Shown here piece after piece: positions 29,101-35,502 of a DNA stretch of 35,502 nt (positions are counted from its first letter, which is position 1; each line of letters begins with the position of its first letter). The notes beneath the pieces were generated by a model, which had not been told where the DNA came from, did no database searches, and saw only the letters and a program-made list of their open reading frames with translations. Source of the stretch: Verrucomicrobiota bacterium (GTDB taxonomy: Bacteria > Verrucomicrobiota > Verrucomicrobiia > Verrucomicrobiales > DEV007). Both the position numbers and the translations under genes were made by a program. The stretch is from NCBI GenBank assembly GCA_045046875.1, contig JASFYY010000077.1:1-35502 (forward strand). The letters are read 5' to 3'.

Positions 29101-30121
29101 TTTTGGCCGCTATGGCTTGCGTAACTTTGGCGATTATTTTGGCTCCGACGGAAAGAACTGGGATAATGTGGAGTATGATCTTGGCTACAGTTTTTTGCAG
29201 CAGTTCATGCGCACGGGCAATGCCGAAGCTTTGCGTATGGGGCAGGATATTGTATTGCACAACATGAACGTTGACATCGCAAAGATCCGCGATGGATACG
29301 AATGGCCCAATCATCATACCGGGGATCACAGTGAAAAACTCGCCGGTCTCGGCCATACCTGGTGCGAAGGGTTGTGGAATTATTATTTTCTTACCGGGGA
29401 TCGTCAGGCCGCGCGCAAAGCTTTGGGGGTGAGCAATACCATTGCCCATCAAGTGCCTTCCCTGATGGCTGCGGGCACCCCGGGTTCGGGTGGCAGTCGG
29501 ACTTACGGATGGTCGGTGGTGGGATTGATGGCAGCCTATGGAGCCACCTCCGACCCGCTTTATTTGAATGCGGCGAAGGAGGTCGAGGAGGTGGCGGTGC
29601 GCACCCAGCACCCTTTTCGTGGAGGCTGGTTGCATCGCTTGTCACCGGGGCATTGTTTTCATGCTCCGGCGCATAGCGGGCGGGTTTATTTCATGCATGA
29701 GATTGTGCTTGCCGGACAGACGCGATTTCATCAAGCCACCGGTGATCCCGATGTGGGGCAATGTTTACAGAACGCGGTCAACGGACTGGTGACGGAGTTT
29801 AATCAACAGCGTGCGGCAGGTTTGCCTGGAGGCGGTTACACTTCCTGCCCTTTTTTGACTTTCCCTGGTAAAACCCACACTGCCCGCAATCTGAGTCCCA
29901 AACACAGTTTTGGCTCCCTGCGCAATTGGGAAGCGGTGTATTATGTGGATGCGAATTGGCCGGAGCCGGTTTTGCATCAAAGTATCAAAACCATGCTCGG
30001 TGAGGGTGGGCCACCGCGATTTAACGGGCCTTTGTCGAGTCAGGGAAAGTTTTTCGCCCAGGGCACTCGTTGGACCCCGAATCAGATTTACTGGATTTTG
30101 AAAAGCGGGCAGAGGGAGTAG
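26135..30121 (+). CDS. Large secreted modular carbohydrate-active protein: CBM4/9-like, CBM9/DOMON-like, FN3-like and PcRGLX/YetA-like lyase regions
   Basis: Signal peptide; NLLRNGGFE...LYLDDIVV; PKIDGDLSDW...MWDDEKLYVAAKVIDD; AVISWTTN; VTSGVPFPKG...WPDGSVRWLLVDF; YGLRNFGD, WDNVEYD, GHTWCEGL. Confidence 0.75.
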   Translation: MKMKSGTMMRRGAMLLVCTYCILAANAGENLLRNGGFEDPDVKAWEAPEQVGIKVVEVVEVVEVVGASGKRALKVEWTDVVAFEKWAQKGGLLKNAGDVLKAPLLRDTRYRLSCRIKVESFEVSEEAKAYLKSMPKGQFDPATIVVGAHGGHWNSGMPFMAYDISKLGTWQDLQSEFVTSYTKTSGFNFFLDAYPHYRPPMKSSGVLYLDDIVVEAVKPRVGFTRVKTPPKIDGDLSDWWQTNPVVITRDMVVSGEEAENRSASGIVYTMWDDEKLYVAAKVIDDEVGDEDALIITVDGKKFVISAMKDSGEGIEALVRRESKLGATTNMYRIVSQYGDAVDGLAGYVVEAAIPYSGKKPQQVAFEIRDVDAGKEARVLRYPRVKGEGEMAEAAYANAKGELSGGDYPLFAITDAGNPRGRKRVLAVKSVASHAVDRWQSLGYPIANFKKGASKDAVISWTTNMPATGFIEIGEGKSYGKRIEAVDAVGDESGTVMRVILRDLKVGKRLHYRVGAKPLDGGDTVFSKDHQLNIPLVWGSRIGMVEVPLTLISLDTLPVQLGRHSVTSGVPFPKGLMPNGGAWTLLDSERKEVDAQFLPTSKWPDGSVRWLLVDFMSEGEVGAKYTLRSGPTENIRYTIVPPKLLVEDASDRIKIDTGAVQFEISKTDFTLFDVVRKGYRGIASAGRMVMVDDDGVEYVARKPDVVEVEESGPVRVCIRVAGQYVNAEGEPFFDYEVRYHFHTGSSTVRVNHNYTARLKERIDPAEGKYRPSNPLPVKIRSMSMELPLLAAGDGKARVGIGGQQVGDFVIGKDGLELRQKYENEAFIGGKKITRPPGWMEVNGVAAGVRQFSELYPKALSVRSREKDNLLRISTLPPIEEADYPSEEGSIEDYVWGYLRGGRYRLRRGEGRSHDVMFDFNVKPQHIAEAGARLVAQPLFAAASPEWYCNSGVIGKVQPKDERYADYDFAFNQGVAQMRKSQQAEPFFGKRFGRYGLRNFGDYFGSDGKNWDNVEYDLGYSFLQQFMRTGNAEALRMGQDIVLHNMNVDIAKIRDGYEWPNHHTGDHSEKLAGLGHTWCEGLWNYYFLTGDRQAARKALGVSNTIAHQVPSLMAAGTPGSGGSRTYGWSVVGLMAAYGATSDPLYLNAAKEVEEVAVRTQHPFRGGWLHRLSPGHCFHAPAHSGRVYFMHEIVLAGQTRFHQATGDPDVGQCLQNAVNGLVTEFNQQRAAGLPGGGYTSCPFLTFPGKTHTARNLSPKHSFGSLRNWEAVYYVDANWPEPVLHQSIKTMLGEGGPPRFNGPLSSQGKFFAQGTRWTPNQIYWILKSGQRE
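26295..26330 (+). repeat. In-frame 9-nt tandem repeat (AGGTGGTCG x3 + AGGTGGTTG)
   Basis: Read directly; encodes VVEVVEVVEVV. Confidence 0.9.
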
Positions 30122-30165
30122 TGAACCGCCGATGGTGCAGATGAAAGGAAGGCAGTGAGTGCGGG

Positions 30166-31518
30166 TTAAATGTCATCATCGTATCGCCCCCAGAAGCCTC
30201 GTTTGAGACGGTGTTTTTGGCGGATTTGATCTTTGAATTTCTGGTGATCTGGAAAATTCTGCCATTCTTTTATTGAGGGAGCTAGTTGGTCGAGCTTTTC
30301 GAGATAAGCAACTGCGTGTCGGTAGGCTTTGCTGTAGCCACGATCGAGAATGGAAGTCAATAGACTGCGATACAGTAAAGAGGCAGCAAGGTAGTGGCGT
30401 TTTAATTCCATCTTTTCTGCCAAGGGGAGTAGGCCTGAGTAGTAGTTGCCATCAAGTTGATTGGCTCGCTTGAGCAGGTATTTTTCGGCTTCATCCACCT
30501 TACCAATGGCGATCAAAAACTCTGCGTTTGATTCGCACCATGCGCTTTGCCCAAGGATCTGGGAAACTTGTTTTGCAATGACGGTTTCTCGTTGTTTCTC
30601 TCCGATCACGTCCAGTAGCTCGAGAAGAGATTCGGTGGAGGGGCAGGCTTCGAATTTTTGATGTAGAAGTTCGGCTAGTTTTGTTTGGTCGCCCGTTTGG
30701 GTGTAAATTTCAGCGAGCAATTTATTCTTCTGGTAGCTGTGAAAGCTGTCTTTATCAGAAATTTTATCCAGCCAAGTGGTCGCGGTTTTGGTATCTCCAC
30801 TTTCCAGATAAACTTGTGCAATATCGAGGTAAGCTACGGGGTTCGGGTTTTCCCATGAGGCTTTTCGGGTTTGTTCGAAGAGTTCAGCGTCCTTGACCTG
30901 GCGGGCAAGTGTTTCGATTAGATGAAAATAGTGGTCTTTGGTGTAGTCGGATTTTTCATTGTCTGCGAGTTTCTGAAGCTCTGAGATCGTGGATCTGATG
31001 ACGGCTTCGGGTAGGAAATCGACAGCATTTTCAAAAACAGCATCCCGTACCCCGTAGCCATCGTCTTGGTTCAATTCCAGCATGATGGAAACCACCTTCT
31101 TTTTGTCCTCACAAAGCGCAGCGTATTTTGCAAACAAGTCTCTTGCGTTGTATCGAAAAATCTCACCGACTCCACCACCTGAATCGTCACATTGTTCGAA
31201 GATCTTGCTATCGGCTTGGTAAAATGACTTCACCAATTCCAGGCCGGAAAGCGGATCGGTGACGCCGGCTTCCAAATCTTGTAGCAAGCGTTCAATTCGG
31301 GATAAAAAACCTCGCGAGTTTTTCCAGTGATAAAAATTCTGCTCGGATTTGATGGCGGAAAGCTTTTTCTTGAAGCGCTGGATGTTGTCCTGTGGAGCAA
31401 CAGTCAAGCGTTCGATCAGATCGACAGCTGCGTCTGATTGACGGCTTAGTTTGAGCAGAGCGTCGGCTAGCTGGCTGGCGCCGAGATTGATCAGTTTTTG
31501 TTTTTGACTGGTGGCCAT
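30166..31518 (-). CDS. DUF6880-like helical protein
   Basis: EQCDDSGGGVG, D.YGVRD, AASLLYRSLL..IL.RGYSKAY.HA..YL..L and H..K.GFW C-terminus; start at ATG 31518. Confidence 0.7.
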   Translation of the reverse strand: MATSQKQKLINLGASQLADALLKLSRQSDAAVDLIERLTVAPQDNIQRFKKKLSAIKSEQNFYHWKNSRGFLSRIERLLQDLEAGVTDPLSGLELVKSFYQADSKIFEQCDDSGGGVGEIFRYNARDLFAKYAALCEDKKKVVSIMLELNQDDGYGVRDAVFENAVDFLPEAVIRSTISELQKLADNEKSDYTKDHYFHLIETLARQVKDAELFEQTRKASWENPNPVAYLDIAQVYLESGDTKTATTWLDKISDKDSFHSYQKNKLLAEIYTQTGDQTKLAELLHQKFEACPSTESLLELLDVIGEKQRETVIAKQVSQILGQSAWCESNAEFLIAIGKVDEAEKYLLKRANQLDGNYYSGLLPLAEKMELKRHYLAASLLYRSLLTSILDRGYSKAYRHAVAYLEKLDQLAPSIKEWQNFPDHQKFKDQIRQKHRLKRGFWGRYDDDI

Positions 31519-31528
31519 GGCTTGAGAG

Positions 31529-32164
31529 TTATTTTTTTGTGGGCAATCCGATGGCGGCACTTAGCTCCTGCGGGCTTGGGAGTTTGCCTTTTAGTTCTTG
31601 AGGTAGAGATGCTTTCAACTGGTAGTAGAGGTATTTCTTGGGGTTTTTCATCCGAGGTAGCAATACCATGTGATGCCCCCACGGTATCAATGTTGCTAAT
31701 TCTCGCGCAGCTTGTGCGAGAATTTCCACAGCTACTGACGGGGCTGTGGAATTGCTTGATACTTTTTCGGGCAGCAGTTGAGTGAGGATGGACTCATTCA
31801 ACGGTAAGGTGGAGATAATTTGAGGCCAAACTGGATCAGTTTTGAATTCTCGCGCAATCTGTGCGAGAAATTCAGAGTTGGAATACGCACGGTAAAACTG
31901 CTGCATGCGCCACAAATTGGCTGGGGATAAGCCTTTCAGCCCGGAAAACTCCTTTTGCAAATCGCGAGACAATTGCTCCACCACTGATTTCCCCCAAGCG
32001 AGTTTTTCTTGTTTTTCTACGATGGCTTGGCCGATGTCCCAATAGAGCAGGATTAGTTCTCGGTTGACGGAACGTGCGGCGGTGATCCGTGCGGATTGAA
32101 TGCGCGATTTGAGCTCACCGAGCCAATTGGTGTAGTCGGGGGTGGTGATGGGGGGTTTGCTCAT
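31529..32164 (-). pseudogene. YhcG/DUF1016 protein with in-frame loss of the PD-(D/E)XK nuclease domain
   Basis: N-domain VNRELILLYWDIG, WGKSVVEQLSRDL, GLSPANLWRMQQFY, IPWGHH joins directly to the usual extreme C-tail YQLKASLPQELKGKLPSPQEL. Confidence 0.75.
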
Positions 32165-32195
32165 GGGGTGTTCATTGCTAAGTTCGGAGGTAATC

Positions 32196-32447
32196 TCAGG
32201 CCGGGGCGAAGGCTTCTTTGAGGATGGCTTGCAGCAGATCGGCGGCGTGGCTGCGGGACTGTTCGATTTCGTTTTTGAGTTCGGTGCAGGTGGCCATGAG
32301 GGCTTCGACTCGTTCGACGATGGCACTTTGTTCGGCGAGGGGCGGGGTGGGGGATAGGGTTTTAATGACTGTTGTTTGGTTAATTTTAGGCATATTGCCA
32401 GCTGAACCTGTTGCTTTACTTGTGAAATAGTCGCGAGTTGTTTTCGT
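32196..32447 (-). pseudogene. hsdS: 3' fragment of a type I restriction specificity subunit (HsdS)
   Basis: TRDYFTSKATGSAGNMPKINQ...PPLAEQSAIVERVEALM..C..L...LLQAILKEAF; in-frame stop at 32448-50 upstream; no hsdM or hsdR in the window. Confidence 0.8.
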
Positions 32448-32691
32448 TCAGCTTATTATATAGATTCTGCAACAGAAGCCAAATTGAATTGGGTCATCAC
32501 GTGACTTGCTGTGCTGGTATAAAATGACAATGGCGTGAGATTAAAGATAGGGATGATAAGAGGCTGGATTGGTAGCTAAGAGAGTTCAGACTAAATTTCT
32601 AAAAATGCTTAAGTTTTCTAAAAATTCTAGCAATGTTGATAGTTTTGTGATTTAGTGGTAATTGTATTTAATTTTAACCACTCGAATTGTT

Positions 32692-33138
32692 ATGAATACT
32701 TTGCCCCGTTTGTTACCTTCTTTGCCGTTTTGTTATCAGGATGGTTCGTTTCAGGTTATTTTACGCAATGCGGAATCAGTAGCGGTTTTTTGGGATTTGC
32801 CGGAAGATCCTTCACTGGCGAAGTCGGATGCGCGGCTTTGTTTGCGTGTGGAAGCGATTGATCGTGCGGGGGAAAGCCGGGTCAAATCTCCGGAGGTGCT
32901 GATTTTGCACCACGAAGCGGGGCATGCTTTTGTGCCTTTGGCACCGTTGACAGCTGGTTGTGAGACCTATCGTTTTACTTTGGGATGGGATGATGGCGAT
33001 GGATTTCAAGCGATCGCGGTGGATGAGGTGGAAATGCCGATGGTGGAGACAGTGGCCAGTGATCCGGGGATGACCCAATTGAGCCAATTGCGTGAGGGTT
33101 GTGGTTTCCATCCTTTAGCCATGGCGGTGGCGAGATGA
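32692..33138 (+). CDS. Hypothetical protein, DUF4912-like
   Basis: LPFCYQDGSFQVILRNAESVAVFWDL resembles DUF4912 LP..Y.....LL.RDP....YW; YRFTLG; ends 1 nt before xerC. Confidence 0.55.
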   Translation: MNTLPRLLPSLPFCYQDGSFQVILRNAESVAVFWDLPEDPSLAKSDARLCLRVEAIDRAGESRVKSPEVLILHHEAGHAFVPLAPLTAGCETYRFTLGWDDGDGFQAIAVDEVEMPMVETVASDPGMTQLSQLREGCGFHPLAMAVAR

Positions 33139-33139
33139 C

Positions 33140-34090
33140 ATGGCTGCGAGCCGGTCAGAATCGAGTGACGCGGGCGCTGGTTTGCCCACCGATGAAAACT
33201 CGGGCGACGGCTTGATTGATGAATTCATCAAGTATTTGGACGTTGAGCGCAATGCTTCCGTGCGCACCAGGGAAAATTATGCCCATGCGTTGAATCGCTT
33301 TCAGCAGAGCCAGAGGGAATCATCGGTGGATTGGTTTGCACTGACGGCGGATACTTTCAGGCTTTATTTATTCGAGTGCATGAAGGCGGACTGGGCACGT
33401 CCGACGATCCGTCTGCATTTTGCGGCGATGCGCAGTTTTTATAAGTTTCTGACTTACCGCAAGGGGCTGACGGTGAATCCGCTGGTCGAAGTGCAGTTAC
33501 CCAAGTTGGAGAAAAAACTGCCGGTGGTTTTGTCGATCAAACAGGTGGACGAGCTTTTGGGTTTGCCTTTTAAGATCAAACAGCCCAAGCAGGCTCCGGA
33601 ATGGATTGCGGCACGGGATGCAGCGATCATGGAGTTGTTTTACAGTTCGGGTATCAGGTTGCAGGAACTGGCTTCGTTGGATGTGGTGGATTTTGATTTT
33701 TTTAATGAGACGGTCAGGGTATTTGGTAAAGGGAGGAAGGAGCGGATTTGTCCACTGGGTTCGACAGCGGTGAAGGCGATTCAGCGTTATCGTCAGGAAG
33801 CCAAGGTCACTGACGGAGCCCTGTTTATCAGTAAGCTGAAGGCGCGGATTTCACCGCGCAGTATCGGGTCGATTATAAAAAAATACCTCGACCACTCGGA
33901 TATCGCGATCAATGTCAGTCCGCACAAGTTGCGGCATAGTTTTGCGACGCATTTATTGAACAATGGCGCGGACTTGCGTGGGGTGCAGAGCTTGCTGGGA
34001 CATGCGAGCTTGTCGACCACTCAGATCTATACCCACGTCACCACGGAGCGGATGAAAAAAGTTTACCAGGGAGCTCATCCCCGGGCGTGA
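33140..34090 (+). CDS. xerC: Tyrosine recombinase XerC/XerD family
   Basis: ERNAS..T..NY, LYSSGIRLQEL-type (FYSSGIRLQEL), GKGRKER, SPHKLRHSFATHLL..GADLR.VQ.LLGHASLSTTQIYTHV; full catalytic set. XerC versus XerD is less certain. Confidence 0.88.
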   Translation: MAASRSESSDAGAGLPTDENSGDGLIDEFIKYLDVERNASVRTRENYAHALNRFQQSQRESSVDWFALTADTFRLYLFECMKADWARPTIRLHFAAMRSFYKFLTYRKGLTVNPLVEVQLPKLEKKLPVVLSIKQVDELLGLPFKIKQPKQAPEWIAARDAAIMELFYSSGIRLQELASLDVVDFDFFNETVRVFGKGRKERICPLGSTAVKAIQRYRQEAKVTDGALFISKLKARISPRSIGSIIKKYLDHSDIAINVSPHKLRHSFATHLLNNGADLRGVQSLLGHASLSTTQIYTHVTTERMKKVYQGAHPRA

Positions 34091-34112
34091 GGAGGAGGAA
34101 TCATTTCAGCGG

Positions 34113-35390
34113 ATGAAAGAACTAAAGAAAATCAAAACCGATGTGTTAATTTGCGGTGGGGGGTGTGCGGGAATCGCGGCGGCAATCGCAGCTTCGCGTA
34201 ACAATGCCCGAACCCTACTGGTCGAACGAGCACCGTTCTCCGGGGGCATTATCACTACGGTAGGCCTACCGTTTTTTGATGGTATTGCGGATAAAAAAAC
34301 CGGACGGGTGGTGGTGCGTGGCATTCCTTTTGAGATGTTGATGAAAATGGGGCGGGTGAAACCTGGCGCGACGGTGATCAAGCCGCACAATCCGACGCTT
34401 CGCTCCACGGAGGAATTCAAGGTGCTGGCTGACCGGATGCTGACCGCCCACGGGGAATCGATCCGGGTGTTATATAACAGCAGTGCCTGTGATGTGAGAC
34501 GGGAAGGGGATCGCATATCGGCAGTGATGGTAGCCAACAAGGACGGCCTGGTGGAGATCAATGCGTCGCAGGTGATCGACTGCACTGGAGATGGCGATAT
34601 CGCTCATTGGGCAGAGGTGCCGGTAGAAAAAACGATGCCGCTGATGCCGATGACTTTACATTTTCGAGTTGGCAATGTGAAGCCGAACCCGGAACTGCGC
34701 GCTCAAGCACGCGAGTCCTTGAAACGTGCGTCCGAGGCGGGCAAGTTGCCGATGTTTTATGGTCCGGGGTTGATGTATGCTTTTGCCAAGGATGAAATTT
34801 ATGTGCACGCCGTTCGGGTTCCGGGTGATGCGAGTGATGCGGAGGATTTGTCGCGCGCGGAGATTCAGGGACGATCGGATGCCTGGACGATGTTCGAAGC
34901 TTGGAAAAAAGAAGTGCCGGGTTTTGAAGACAGTTATTTTGTCAGCAGTGGGCCTTATATTGGAATTCGTGAAACCCGGAGATTGGTGGGACAGCATGTG
35001 CTGAGCGCGAAAGATATCAAACTAGGGCGTCGATTTGATGATGCGGTCGCCACGGGTTGTTGGTACATGGATCGCCATCCGAATCATACCACAATAGGGA
35101 GTGCCAATGACGGAGGTGGGGGCTATCAGCCTGATCCCTATGACATTCCCTACCGGGCATTGGTGGCAAAAAAAGTGGACAACTTGTTGGTGGCAGGACG
35201 TTGTCATTCGGCCAGTGCCGAAGCAGCTTCCTCGACACGAGTGACCGTCACCGCTATGGCGATGGGGCAGGCGGCCGGAACGGCGGCGGCGATGGCCGTA
35301 AAAGAAAAAAAGGGAGTGGCGATGCTCGACGGAGTGAAGGTGCGCGAAGAATTGACGAGGCAGGGAGCCGGCCCGCTAACGGACGAGTGA
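34113..35390 (+). CDS. FAD-dependent oxidoreductase (FAD_oxidored family)
   Basis: DVLICGGGCAG, IDCTGDGD, GIRETRR, YDIPYRALV, NLLVAGRC, MAMGQAAG. Confidence 0.92.
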   Translation: MKELKKIKTDVLICGGGCAGIAAAIAASRNNARTLLVERAPFSGGIITTVGLPFFDGIADKKTGRVVVRGIPFEMLMKMGRVKPGATVIKPHNPTLRSTEEFKVLADRMLTAHGESIRVLYNSSACDVRREGDRISAVMVANKDGLVEINASQVIDCTGDGDIAHWAEVPVEKTMPLMPMTLHFRVGNVKPNPELRAQARESLKRASEAGKLPMFYGPGLMYAFAKDEIYVHAVRVPGDASDAEDLSRAEIQGRSDAWTMFEAWKKEVPGFEDSYFVSSGPYIGIRETRRLVGQHVLSAKDIKLGRRFDDAVATGCWYMDRHPNHTTIGSANDGGGGYQPDPYDIPYRALVAKKVDNLLVAGRCHSASAEAASSTRVTVTAMAMGQAAGTAAAMAVKEKKGVAMLDGVKVREELTRQGAGPLTDE

Positions 35391-35417
35391 TGGGGAAACA
35401 CAACCGTAGCGAAGCGA

Positions 35418-35450
35418 AGACAGCTGGAGGAAACTACCCGAAGGCAAATT
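35418..35450 (+). repeat. 33-nt dispersed intergenic element, copy 2
   Basis: AGACAGCTGGAGGAAACTACCCGAAGGCAAATT. Confidence 0.75.
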
Positions 35451-35453
35451 GCC

Positions 35454-35486
35454 CCGCCTTCGCCCCAAGGGCTACGGCGCGCCGAG
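35454..35486 (+). repeat. Small hairpin element CCGCCTTCGC...GCTAYGGCG, copy 2
   Basis: CGCC-TTC-GCCC-CAA-GGGC-TAC-GGCG; related to 7549-7580. Confidence 0.6.
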
Positions 35487-35502
35487 CAATCCATGCCACG
35501 AT

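Noticed and set aside
28754..29635. 293-aa minus-strand ORF
   Set aside because: Lies wholly antisense to the 1328-aa gene, with no recognisable motifs.
33140..34090. Recombinase as a prophage or island integrase
   Set aside because: Motifs and size fit housekeeping XerC/D; no att repeats, phage genes or dif-like site seen.

Overview
Mostly core bacterial chromosome, most likely Verrucomicrobiota (inferred from the dnaK-groES-groEL order, the rpoZ-smpB pair and a C-terminally extended L34). Housekeeping genes: ybeY, clpS, pyrG, kdsB, a PhoH-family ATPase, dnaK-groES-groEL, tRNA-Ser(GGA), smpB, rpoZ, rpmH-rnpA-yidD-yidC-jag, a sulfite reductase hemoprotein and xerC. Accessory material sits between them: (i) a REP-associated tyrosine transposase (RAYT) with three GGAG-type REP doublets, whose only nearby ATG lies inside a REP and is one base out of frame; (ii) several tiny (20-50 nt) structured elements that appear to insert into other repeats; (iii) a DUF3592-like gene bracketed by inward-facing triple-repeat ends; (iv) a sugar-acid locus (epimerase, DHDPS-like aldolase, 1328-aa modular PcRGLX/YetA-like lyase); (v) a decayed type I R-M remnant (hsdS tail, nuclease-deleted YhcG, DUF6880-like gene). 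Also notable: a sigma54 promoter with paired GACA-N3-TGTC enhancer-like sites before the chaperone operon, an orphan UreF-like gene before clpS, and a sensor-less histidine-kinase-like protein with degenerate catalytic motifs. No CRISPR array or rRNA was seen. All family calls come from motif recognition by eye, not database searches.
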